A stretch of 32,000 nt of DNA, taken from NCBI RefSeq assembly GCF_000016745.1, contig NC_009483.1, forward strand, positions 3,390,001 through 3,422,000. Reading direction: 5' to 3'. Origin of the DNA: Geotalea uraniireducens Rf4 (GTDB taxonomy: Bacteria; Desulfobacterota; Desulfuromonadia; Geobacterales; Geobacteraceae). A program made the position numbers and the translations under genes. This document shows positions 17,115 through 24,630 of this stretch, piece after piece. Numbering within the stretch: the stretch's first letter is position 1; each line of letters starts with the position of its first letter. The notes under the pieces were generated by a model. That model had not been told where the DNA came from. It made no database searches and saw only the letters and a list, made by a program, of their open reading frames with translations.

Positions 17115-18029
17115 TCAGCCGGCCAGGCCTTCAAAATGGGTCATCTTTTTAAAACTTCTGTAGCGCGCTTCGATCTCTTTATAGTCAAGCCTCTTCAAAC
17201 GGTTGAGGCTGAAATCCTCCACATTGAAGGAAGCCATGACACTGCCGAAGATGATCGCCTGGCGGATTCCTTCCTCGGACGTATCACCGCTATTGGCCAG
17301 ATACCCCATGAAGCCGCCGGCAAAGGTGTCGCCTGCGCCGGTAGGATCGAACACCTCCTCAAGGGGATAGGCAGGCGCGGCAAAGATCGTCGAATCGGTA
17401 AACATCAGTACCCCGTATTCGCCCCGCTTGACAATGAGGGTCTTTGCCCCGAGGGAAAGGATTTTTTTCGCGGCCTTTACCAGATTTGCCTCTCCGGTGA
17501 ACTGGCGGGCCTCCCCTTCATTGATGATAAGAATATCGACGCGCTCTATGACCTTTTTCAGCGCTTCCGGCTTCGACGATATCCAGAAGTTCATGGTGTC
17601 GCAGGCGATTACCCGCGGGTTCTGCACCTGGCTCAACACCTCCATCTGCAAGACGGGGTCGATATTGGCAAGAAAGAGATAATCCGCACCGCGGTATTCC
17701 GCAGGAATAACCGGCTTGAAGTTCTCAAACACGTTGAGATGGGTTTCAAGGGTCTGGGCTTCGTTCAGGTCGTAACCGTACTTACCCTTCCAATGGAAAG
17801 TCTTGCCGCTCTCCCTGGCAAGCCCCCCAAGATCAATGTTCCTGGACTTGAGAAAATCCACATGCTCTTGGGGAAAATCCTCACCCACCACTGCCACCAG
17901 GCTCACATCGGTAAAAAAACTGGCCGACGTGGAAAAATAGGTGGCGGAGCCCCCAAGAATACTGTCCATTTTGCCGAAAGGGGTTTCCACCGAATCGAAT
18001 GCCACTGAACCGACAACAAGAATACCCAT
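17115..18029 (-). CDS. PfkB-family carbohydrate/nucleoside kinase
   Basis: It has the N-terminal GGSATYFS and the C-terminal catalytic motif DPTGAGDTFAGGF. 304 aa. Confidence 0.85.
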   Translation of the reverse strand: MGILVVGSVAFDSVETPFGKMDSILGGSATYFSTSASFFTDVSLVAVVGEDFPQEHVDFLKSRNIDLGGLARESGKTFHWKGKYGYDLNEAQTLETHLNVFENFKPVIPAEYRGADYLFLANIDPVLQMEVLSQVQNPRVIACDTMNFWISSKPEALKKVIERVDILIINEGEARQFTGEANLVKAAKKILSLGAKTLIVKRGEYGVLMFTDSTIFAAPAYPLEEVFDPTGAGDTFAGGFMGYLANSGDTSEEGIRQAIIFGSVMASFNVEDFSLNRLKRLDYKEIEARYRSFKKMTHFEGLAG

Positions 18030-18071
18030 CTACCGTTTCCCCCCTAATATATGTTTGGTCTTATAAAAAGT

Positions 18072-19283
18072 TCACTTCTTTCCCTTTTCCAGCTTGGCTT
18101 TCAGCAGGTCTCCCAGCGTCCCCATGGTCTTTGCAGAGGTCTCGGCGGCAGTACGGCGAAACTCCTCGATCGTCCGCTCCTCCTGCTCCGCCGCTCGGCT
18201 CACCTCGGCCAATGACAGGGAGAGACGCCTGTTTTCCCGGTCGACGCTCTCGACCTTCACTTCCACAGTCTCACCCTCCTTGATCACCTCGCGGGGATGG
18301 TTGATGCGCTTGCCTGCGCCCAGCTTCGAGATATGGATAAGACCGTCCACCCCGGAATCCAGGGTGACAAAGGCGCCGAATTGGGCCAAGCGTGCCACCC
18401 GTCCGGTGTGGAACGACCCTTCGGGATAGGTGAGCGCCACCTTATCCCAAGGATCAGCCAGGGTGTCTTTCAGGCTGAAAGAGATTTTATCGTTTTCCCA
18501 ATCGATCTGCTTTATCACCACCTCCACGTTCTGGCCGACAGAGAGCACCTCGTGAATATCCTTAACCCGGCTCCAGCCGATCTCGGAGATTGGAAGAAGC
18601 CCTTCGACACTGCCGATGGAGATGAAAGCGCCGAAATCGCGCAGCGAGGTGACCGTCCCCTGGACGATCATCCCTTCCTTGAGTGTTTCCTTCTGCTCTT
18701 CTTTCTGCCGCAGCCGTTCCTCTTCCAGCACGGACCGATGGGAAAGGACGATGTTGCGGCCGTTCTCGCCGTATTCGCTGATTCTGAATGATAAGCGCTT
18801 GCCTATGTAATCGGCGGCATTCTCCACCCGCCGCAGTGATATCTGGGAATATGGGCAAAAGGCACGGACAGTGCCGCCGACCTTGACCTCGAAGCCCCCC
18901 TTGATCTCTTTCTCCACATGACCTTCCACCGGAATGCCGTTGCGCCAGGCATCTTCCAGCTGCGACTGACCGGCTGATCCGCCGCCAAGCCTGGTGGTAA
19001 AGCGCAGTTCATTGTGCGAAACACCAAGGAACCATGCGGTGATCGTATCCCCCTCCTTGACAGTCAGATTGCCGTCCGCATCGAGGAGTTCTTTCGCTTC
19101 AAGGACCCCTTCACCTTTTCGTCCCGTGTCGAGAAAAATCCAGTCGCCGCTGATCTTGAGTATCTTCGCTTCCACCTTCTGCCCCGGTTCAAGCCTGACC
19201 TGATCGGCAAAACTCTTGGCGAACAGGTCTGCAAAACTCTCTTCTTCGGTTGTCTCTTTTAATTCCTTGTCGTCTTTGTCCAT
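18072..19283 (-). CDS. S1 RNA-binding domain protein (four S1/OB repeats; not full-length rpsA)
   Basis: Four repeats of the S1 pattern are present (e.g. GMIVQGTVTSLRDFGAFISIG..EGLLPISE and GSFHTGRVARLAQFGAFVTLDSGVDGLIHISK). The N-terminus is acidic and the C-terminal tail is basic. Confidence 0.85.
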   Translation of the reverse strand: MDKDDKELKETTEEESFADLFAKSFADQVRLEPGQKVEAKILKISGDWIFLDTGRKGEGVLEAKELLDADGNLTVKEGDTITAWFLGVSHNELRFTTRLGGGSAGQSQLEDAWRNGIPVEGHVEKEIKGGFEVKVGGTVRAFCPYSQISLRRVENAADYIGKRLSFRISEYGENGRNIVLSHRSVLEEERLRQKEEQKETLKEGMIVQGTVTSLRDFGAFISIGSVEGLLPISEIGWSRVKDIHEVLSVGQNVEVVIKQIDWENDKISFSLKDTLADPWDKVALTYPEGSFHTGRVARLAQFGAFVTLDSGVDGLIHISKLGAGKRINHPREVIKEGETVEVKVESVDRENRRLSLSLAEVSRAAEQEERTIEEFRRTAAETSAKTMGTLGDLLKAKLEKGKK

Positions 19284-19623
19284 TTCCGTTTTTTACCCCA
19301 TAAATGTTAGTTGGAAGCATCAGAAATCATGCTGTCTGCTGCTATACGCAGCATGAAAATTAGTAGAAAGAAATGATTAAGTCAACAACTTAAAACCGGC
19401 TCGACTTAACCTGGCTTATGCAAACCTCTTACGCACCGCATTATCACATACAAATCAGCCAGTTACAAGCAGCAACCGGAACCAGAGGAGGAACCGGAGA
19501 CGACCCGCCAACACATCCCCGAACGTGCCGTCTACTGTCAGGTTTTGCCTTTGTTGCAAAAGGGAAATATCGCCCTAAACTTTATTAGTGAGACCCGATC
19601 AACAGTCATCACAGGAGGAAGGG

Positions 19624-20163
19624 ATGAAAGAGTGGAATGTGGTGATTACTGCTCGCGAAGGTTTTTTCAAAGAAGCCGGCGGTATGCTGGAGCAGTTCGG
19701 CCCGGTCAGCAAAACAGGCTTCTTCAATATCCTGGTAATGCACGTAGAAGATCCCTTTCTCATGATGGAAAAACTGCGGGAGCAACAGGCAACAGAGCCT
19801 GCCGCGACCCGGTTTCTGTCACGGGTGATGCCGGTGACGCACACCTTTACCTTTCAGACCCCCGCCATCTTCGAAGAGAAGGCACGGGAAACCGTCTCCC
19901 CGTGGATTCCCGGTCTGGCAGCAAAAGGCTTTCATGTGCGCATGCACCGCCGCGGGTTCAAGGGGAAGATTTCCAGCATGGAAGAAGAACGCTTCCTCGA
20001 CATTTTTATCCTGGACGCCCTCGAACGTGCCGGAACCCCGGGACATATCACCTTCGAGGACCCTGATGCCATCATCGTCGTGGAAACAATCGGCCAGCGG
20101 GCAGGACTCTCCCTTTGGACCAGGGAAGAGCTGCAGCGCTATCCATTGCTGCATCTCGACTGA
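19624..20163 (+). CDS. THUMP domain-containing protein
   Basis: The start is at ATG 19624 with SD AGGAGGAAGGG. FHVRMHRRGFKGKISSMEEERFLDIFILDAL...ITFEDPDAIIVVETIGQRAGLSL fits the THUMP C-terminal pattern. Confidence 0.6.
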   Translation: MKEWNVVITAREGFFKEAGGMLEQFGPVSKTGFFNILVMHVEDPFLMMEKLREQQATEPAATRFLSRVMPVTHTFTFQTPAIFEEKARETVSPWIPGLAAKGFHVRMHRRGFKGKISSMEEERFLDIFILDALERAGTPGHITFEDPDAIIVVETIGQRAGLSLWTREELQRYPLLHLD

Positions 20164-20198
20164 GGATGAGCCAAACTTTTTGCAAAGGAGGAAACACC

Positions 20199-20381
20199 AT
20201 GGCCCAGATAGAACTGACCGAGCATGAAGCCAAAATCCTCTCCGAGGTCCTCGATTCGTATCTCACAGACCTGCGAACGGAGATGGTCGCCACGGAAAAC
20301 AGGGAGTGGCGCGCGGAAATGAAGGAGCGGGAAGCCTTAGCCAAGGATATACTCAACCGCCTCGGCGCGTTGAAAGGCTAA
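20199..20381 (+). CDS. Small (60 aa) predicted coiled-coil protein, function unknown
   Basis: The ATG at 20199 is preceded by AAAGGAGGAAAC. It lies 35 nt after the THUMP stop. The sequence is charged and helical (MAQIELTEHEAKILSEVLDSYLTDLRTEMVATENREWRAEMKEREALAKDILNRL). Confidence 0.45.
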   Translation: MAQIELTEHEAKILSEVLDSYLTDLRTEMVATENREWRAEMKEREALAKDILNRLGALKG

Positions 20382-20407
20382 GGTGCCCAATAAGCAGGCA
20401 ATAAGGA

Positions 20408-21298
20408 TCAGGGAAGCTCAGGAAGTGAGTGCAGAACGGACAGATAGCGCTCACCGCTGAGATTTTTGAGGAGGGTGAGGAATTCCTTCGACAAAGGGGC
20501 AAAGACCTGCAATGTTTCGCCGGTTGCAGGATGGACGATGGAGGTTCTGAAGGAATGGAGGGCGTTACCAGCAAAACCGGGCAGCGGCTGTCCGCCGTAG
20601 CGCCGATCCCCCCTGATCGGGTGGCCGATAAATTTGAAGTGCTGCCTGATCTGGTGCATCCTTCCGGTAACGGGGTAAACGGCAACAAAAGTGCAGTCCG
20701 ACCGGTGAAAAAGCACCCGGTAACGGGTTTCCGCCTCTTTTCCCTCCAGTGGAACGGAGATGACCCCATCCTCCGCAAGCTCCCCTTCCACAAGGGCCAG
20801 ATAGAGCTTCCCCAGCCCCTCATCCATGATCAGTCGGCCGAACATCGCGGCAGCCATTGAGCTTTTCGCCAGGATCACCGCACCGGAGGTACCCCGGTCC
20901 AGGCGATTGACCGGACGGAGTTTTACCGATCCGCCATCGCGCCCGGCGAGGAGTTTTGTCCCCAGATCAACCAGGTTCCGCTCGTCCACCTCAGCGGCGT
21001 GGTGCATGGGGAGACCCGGCGCCTTGTTGAATATCATTATCCACTGATCTTCATGGAGTATGTCCAGTTCTGGCCTGGCTTTACGCAGAAAAGCCGATGT
21101 TTTGCTGCTCTCCTTCAGAGTAACCGTATCGCCCAGGCGGAGGATGGTGCCGGAAACCCCGGGAGTGCCGTTGACGGCCAGGTGGCCGGCTGTCAGCAGC
21201 TTGCGCAGGTAGGAGTGGGAAGCCGACGGGAGGAGGTTCTGGAGAAAGCTCTCCACCTGCCGGCAGTGGTCTGTTTCGGAAATCTCGTATTTCAGCAT
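20408..21298 (-). CDS. RluA-family (RluD/RluC-like) pseudouridine synthase with an S4-like N-terminus
   Basis: The catalytic motif is NRLDRGTSGAVILAKS, with downstream YLALVEG and GRMHQIRQHF. 296 aa. Confidence 0.9.
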   Translation of the reverse strand: MLKYEISETDHCRQVESFLQNLLPSASHSYLRKLLTAGHLAVNGTPGVSGTILRLGDTVTLKESSKTSAFLRKARPELDILHEDQWIMIFNKAPGLPMHHAAEVDERNLVDLGTKLLAGRDGGSVKLRPVNRLDRGTSGAVILAKSSMAAAMFGRLIMDEGLGKLYLALVEGELAEDGVISVPLEGKEAETRYRVLFHRSDCTFVAVYPVTGRMHQIRQHFKFIGHPIRGDRRYGGQPLPGFAGNALHSFRTSIVHPATGETLQVFAPLSKEFLTLLKNLSGERYLSVLHSLPELP

Positions 21299-21384
21299 GT
21301 CGTCATCTCACAATTCATTAAAGTATGAACGGATTCTGCCACCCGCGGGTTTGTTTTGTCAACACAAGTATCTGCATCCTCTCC

Positions 21385-21549
21385 AGGAGCCTGTCGGACT
21401 TAGGAATGAATCTACTGCGAGGATGGCAAATCGGTCCATATCTCCGTAAATTTTCGACGAATAGGTCCACTATTCGCTCTCAAATTTCCGAAAATCTGTC
21501 CTCGATTTTCCATCCTCTCGCTACGATTCCCTAAGTCTGACAGACTCCT
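21385..21549. repeat. ~165-bp inverted-repeat element: ~40-bp imperfect arms (21385-21426 / 21510-21549) around a core with two ~31-bp direct repeats (21433-21463 / 21464-21495)
   Basis: The left arm is AGGAGCCTGTCGGACTTAGGAATGAATCTACTGCGAGGATGG. The reverse complement of the right arm is AGGAGTCTGTCAGACTTAGGGAATCGTAGCGAGAGGATGG. The core repeats are GGTCCATATCTCCGTAAATTTTCGACGAATA and GGTCCACTATTCGCTCTCAAATTTCCGAAAAT. Confidence 0.75.
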
Positions 21550-21555
21550 AAGGTG

Positions 21556-21589
21556 TTGACCTTTTGGCATATTTTAAGTAAAATATAAT
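21556..21589 (+). promoter_or_regulatory. Near-consensus sigma70 promoter (TTGACC-17 nt-TAAAAT)
   Basis: The -35 is TTGACC at 21556-21561, the spacer is exactly 17 nt, and the -10 is TAAAAT at 21579-21584 (overlapped by TATAAT at 21584-21589). No ORF follows it. Confidence 0.55.
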
Positions 21590-21590
21590 T

Positions 21591-21860
21591 AAGGAAGAAG
21601 GTCTCTGACAATTGCTCTGGTGTACGTGTAATAAATCGTTTAGACAACCTGTCGATAATTTATGATCTAAGTTTCCAAGTCCAGACGTGGTGCGCAAGCC
21701 CTCTTCGGAGAAGGCAGCCTGAAGCGTTTTCTTGGGAGATGCTGAACAAAAGGGCAGTAGATCTAAAGTTTATACGGTACTCTGGAGCACCTTGAATTGG
21801 GCAGGATGATCATATCAGCATCAACAGCAAAAGCCCCGGGAATTCTCGCCGGGGCTTTTG
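21591..21860 (+). ncRNA. Candidate ~270-nt structured small RNA (promoter-to-terminator unit, no ORF)
   Basis: It is bounded by the promoter above and the terminator at 21832-21860. The longest ATG ORF is 18 codons and has no usable SD. It contains a C(UUCG)G-capped hairpin (21698-21715) and a GCAA-capped mini-helix (21692-21699), both enclosed by UCCAAG/CUUGGGA (21674-21679 / 21731-21737). I could not assign a family. Confidence 0.3.
21832..21860 (+). terminator. Rho-independent terminator (bidirectional shape)
   Basis: AGCCCCGG-gaattctcg-CCGGGGCT is followed by TTTTGCTG and preceded by CAAAA. Confidence 0.7.
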
Positions 21861-22184
21861 CTGTAAACAAAGCGAGAAAAAGAGGGGCAAGCTGCATATG
21901 ACAGAAATAACAATTGATTCCCTTTTCTTTACTGGAAAATCCGCTTTCGCGGGTTTTTGTCGTTACGAGGAAGAGGGAGAAACTTCGCGATTACGTAGTG
22001 TCCCCTCGATTCCCACTCCTCCGATTCGTTGCATGGCCTCCAGCAGGGAGTCGCGGCGGTTGGCAACCGGCAACCGCCGGTAGTGCGGCCGAATTTTTAT
22101 TTCACAGATACAAAAGGACAAAAGACGGCAAAACCCGGCAGGACATTCTCCCCAAGTGCCCAGTACAGGGCCTTCAGGGCCTTC

Positions 22185-22212
22185 TTGACAACTGGCCGGG
22201 CAATGATAAAAA
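22185..22212 (+). promoter_or_regulatory. Putative sigma70 promoter of the DUF1540 gene
   Basis: TTGACA at 22185-22190, a 16-nt spacer, then TAAAAA at 22207-22212. It lies ~40 nt upstream of the ATG at 22255. Confidence 0.45.
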
Positions 22213-22254
22213 TAAGACCGGGAAGGGATGGCAGCACAAAAAAGGAGATACCTA

Positions 22255-22548
22255 ATGGTTATGAAGATGTCAAAAATTACCGCGTGTGACGTAAAGGACT
22301 GCTCATACAACCAGAAAGCCCAGTGTCATGCCCTGGCCATCACGGTAGGTGGTCCGGAAGTGTGCGCGTGCTGCGACACCTATCTGCACGCCGACAAAAA
22401 AGGTGGAGTTGCCGAGATGACCGGTGGCGTAGGGGCATGCAAAGTGGAAAAATGCTCATACAACACCTCATTCGAATGTGGAGCACCCGGAATCAAGGTT
22501 GGGCTACACCAAGGCCATGCTGATTGTTCAACGTTCAAAGCCAGATAA
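22255..22548 (+). CDS. DUF1540 domain protein (two Cys-rich repeats)
   Basis: The start is at ATG 22255 (SD GGAG 8 nt upstream). There are two copies of the pattern C-x-V-x2-C-x-YN-x5-C-x-A-x2-I-x-VG...C-x-T(Y/F): ITACDVKDCSYNQKAQCHALAITVGG...CCDTY and VGACKVEKCSYNTSFECGAPGIKVG...ADCSTF. Confidence 0.8.
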   Translation: MVMKMSKITACDVKDCSYNQKAQCHALAITVGGPEVCACCDTYLHADKKGGVAEMTGGVGACKVEKCSYNTSFECGAPGIKVGLHQGHADCSTFKAR

Positions 22549-22718
22549 AAATGGATAGTGAAGACACACTGTCAGAAACCAACCACCATCCCTTCCCGAA
22601 ATTTCGGAACGCCATTCAGGCATCCCGCCTTCTCCCGGCCTTATACGGCCCCATACCCCGTTTTGACGGCATTCTCCTTCCGTGCTGGACTCTTACTAAC
22701 TTTGTGAGGACGCCCCCC

Positions 22719-23033
22719 ATGCGAAAACTGATTGTTATTCTCATCATCACGCTTTTACCAGCTGCACCGGCCTGGGGCGATAACGCCTTTAAGGAAGGGG
22801 GAAAAGAAGTCGGTCAGGGCTTCAAGAAAATGGGGAAAGAGACTGGACGGGCCTTCAAGGAGGGTGGCAAGGAAGTCGGCCAGGGGTTTAAGAAGATGGG
22901 CAAGGAAACCGGCGAAGCGGCAAAGAAGACGGGCAAGCCGATCGGCGAATGGTTCAAGGAGGCAGGTAAGAAGACCGGCGAGGCATTCAAACAGATGGGA
23001 AGGGATATCCGGAAATTCTTCAAAGGGGAGTAG
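22719..23033 (+). CDS. Secreted Lys/Gly-rich protein built of seven 11-residue repeats
   Basis: ATG at 22719, signal peptide MRKLIVILIITLLPAAPAWG. The repeats are FKEGGKEVGQG / FKKMGKETGRA / FKEGGKEVGQG / FKKMGKETGEA / AKKTGKPIGEW / FKEAGKKTGEA / FKQMGRDIRKF / FKGE. A 66-bp tandem duplication is visible at the DNA level. Confidence 0.7.
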   Translation: MRKLIVILIITLLPAAPAWGDNAFKEGGKEVGQGFKKMGKETGRAFKEGGKEVGQGFKKMGKETGEAAKKTGKPIGEWFKEAGKKTGEAFKQMGRDIRKFFKGE

Positions 23034-23044
23034 GCCTTTAAACT

Positions 23045-23098
23045 CAAAAACTTAACAAAAAACTTAACCTTGTCAGCAGCAAAGTTTTCCTCTAATAT
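23045..23098 (+). promoter_or_regulatory. Putative sigma70 promoter of the OMP gene with an A-tract direct repeat upstream
   Basis: TTGTCA at 23070-23075, a 17-nt spacer, then TAATAT at 23093-23098. It is preceded by a tandem (C/A)AAAAACTTAAC x2 at 23045-23068, which is UP-element-like. Confidence 0.5.
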
Positions 23099-23137
23099 GC
23101 GTCGCCGAATTGTAATTCCAAGTTTCAGGAGGGAAAA

Positions 23138-23737
23138 ATGAAGCAAGTGGTTCTGTTTTTTTGTTTGCTGTGCATGGTGATGTTTATGGCTGGAAACGCA
23201 GTTGCCGATGACTTGAAGGGGAGATTCGGCGTAACCGGTCGTCTTGGATTTCTGATCCCTGCAGATAGCGAGGTCGATTTCCCGGACGGCAAACATGTAG
23301 CCGAGACGAGTACTGCATTTGTCGGCGGCGGCGGACTTATTTACGGGGTGGACAACAATATCGCCCTTGAGCTTGATGTTACCCATACGGAATTCGATAT
23401 GAAGACAGGTGGGAATACGCTGGGAACCGTTGAAACCAACAACCTCTCCATCGGCGCCCAATACCGCTTTCCTAAGAATAACGACATCGTCCCTTACATC
23501 GGCGCCGGGATCGATGTGCTGGTCAACGACTTTTCTGCAGGCTCTGCAGATACGGTTTTCGGCCTGCACCTGAGCGGCGGTCTCGATTACTTCATCACCA
23601 GAGAGTTGGCCCTGACCGGGGAATTAAAGGGAGTGGCGGCATTTGACGCAGACATCAACCGAACAGTCGGAACCAGAATCAATTACGACCCTTCCAGCAT
23701 AGCGGGGACATTTGGTGTCAGGGTGTTTTTCAATTGA
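23138..23737 (+). CDS. Outer-membrane beta-barrel protein (OmpW/OmpA-like 8-strand porin family)
   Basis: SD AGGAGGG. The signal peptide ends AVA|DD. The sequence shows an alternating hydrophobic beta-strand pattern with aromatic girdles. The C-terminus is ...GTFGVRVFFN, with the aromatic position typical of OMPs. Confidence 0.8.
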   Translation: MKQVVLFFCLLCMVMFMAGNAVADDLKGRFGVTGRLGFLIPADSEVDFPDGKHVAETSTAFVGGGGLIYGVDNNIALELDVTHTEFDMKTGGNTLGTVETNNLSIGAQYRFPKNNDIVPYIGAGIDVLVNDFSAGSADTVFGLHLSGGLDYFITRELALTGELKGVAAFDADINRTVGTRINYDPSSIAGTFGVRVFFN

Positions 23738-23773
23738 TTTGATTGAAACGCAGGTCAACGCAGTATGACGAAA

Positions 23774-23801
23774 GGCGGTCCACTGACCGCCTTTTGCTTT
23801 T
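23774..23801. terminator. Bidirectional rho-independent terminator between convergent genes
   Basis: GGCGGTC-cact-GACCGCC is followed by TTTTGCTTTTT on the + strand. An A-rich tract on the other side serves the minus-strand lipoprotein gene. Confidence 0.75.
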
Positions 23802-23812
23802 TATTGCGGAAA

Positions 23813-24385
23813 TCAACGAATGCGGTTCAGGATGAAGCCAGGTTCCTGCAACGGCCCGAGGGGATTGCGCAGGTCACGATGTTCGTCGATCTGGGGATCG
23901 CCGCTCCATAGCTTGTAAGACACGTGCTCGTTCACGAGCACGAGAAGCGCCTTGAATTGCCAGCCGGTTTCATGCGACTTGCGCCTGAAGTTGAAGATGT
24001 CGAGCCAGAAGCTGCCGATGCGCCGGGTATGGGTCCTTTTCGGTTCGAACACGTATGAGCGGCAGTCGTTCCGCGCCCGGAGACATGCCTGCAGCCCCGG
24101 ATCAAGCTCTGCCATGGGGATCGACTGGACCGTGGCGGCTATATCGAGATAGTTGAGGATCTTCACGTTAGGCGAGGTTTTAATATCGTAACCGAGCTTT
24201 TTCAGCTCCTCGACGGTGGTCTTGTCGGGGATGATCTTATCGTAGGCGGTTTTCGCTTCGGCAAAGGTTTGCCACGGGGACTCAACGGTCTCCCTGGCAC
24301 TCGGCAGAAGCGCGCTGCATCCTGCCAGGAGGCTCAAGACGCCGGCAAAGGCCAGACGTATAAGCATCTCCGCTACCATAACCAC
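23813..24385 (-). CDS. Hypothetical lipoprotein
   Basis: The signal peptide has lipobox LLAGC (..MLIRLAFAGVLSLLAGCS). Possible starts are GTG 24385, ATG 24379 and ATG 24367. I recognise no domain. Confidence 0.55.
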   Translation of the reverse strand: MVMVAEMLIRLAFAGVLSLLAGCSALLPSARETVESPWQTFAEAKTAYDKIIPDKTTVEELKKLGYDIKTSPNVKILNYLDIAATVQSIPMAELDPGLQACLRARNDCRSYVFEPKRTHTRRIGSFWLDIFNFRRKSHETGWQFKALLVLVNEHVSYKLWSGDPQIDEHRDLRNPLGPLQEPGFILNRIR

Positions 24386-24544
24386 ACGCCCCGGAATAAA
24401 AACTGCTTAGTTTCCGACCCATGCCGGAATACTATAATTATATCGTGTTCCTGCCGTTTGCCAGTGCCATCCCGCATATTCTCCGCTACGGATAACTTCG
24501 GCATCCCCGCAACGAGCTGAATATATGGGCGCTTCCCATGGTTA

Positions 24545-24573
24545 TTGACAATTACCCAGCTTCCACATAATCT
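24545..24573 (+). promoter_or_regulatory. Putative sigma70 promoter of the orphan ORF
   Basis: TTGACA at 24545-24550, a 17-nt spacer, then TAATCT at 24568-24573. Confidence 0.45.
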
Positions 24574-24630
24574 TGCCCCATACATTAACGGGATGAACTC
24601 AGCACGCAAATAATAACAGAGGAGTGAACG

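Noticed and set aside
17064-18008. 314-aa plus-strand ORF
   Set aside because: It is antisense to the PfkB kinase, whose DPTGAGDTFAGGF motif fixes the coding strand.
21325-21534. 69-aa ORF across the inverted-repeat element
   Set aside because: It has no SD. Its sequence is dictated by the repeat arms and the AT-rich core, so the nucleotide-level repeat structure explains the region better.
21385-21860. Retron (msr/msd) interpretation of the inverted repeat plus non-coding transcript
   Set aside because: No RT gene is adjacent. The only RT in the window, 17 kb away, is a bona fide group II intron RT with its own ribozyme.
21591-21860. 6S RNA, tmRNA, RNase P or SRP identity for the candidate sRNA
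   Set aside because: It has no 5'/3' closing helix or central bubble (6S), no tRNA-like end or tag ORF (tmRNA), no GGAGGAAAGUCCGG-type P4 core (RNase P), and no SRP domain IV motif. Identity remains unknown.
21866-22254. c-di-GMP/cGAMP (GEMM-I) or other known riboswitch upstream of the DUF1540 gene
   Set aside because: I looked for the GEMM-I core (GGCAAACC ... GACGCAAAGCC). Only a loose GGCAAAACCCGGCAGGAC at ~22127-22144 is present. That is insufficient, and a good promoter (22185-22212) lies downstream of it.
22814-23569. 251-aa minus-strand ORF spanning the repeat-protein and OMP genes
   Set aside because: The plus-strand genes have SDs, signal peptides, 11-mer periodicity and an OMP C-terminal aromatic signature. 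The minus ORF crosses an intergenic promoter region and has no features.
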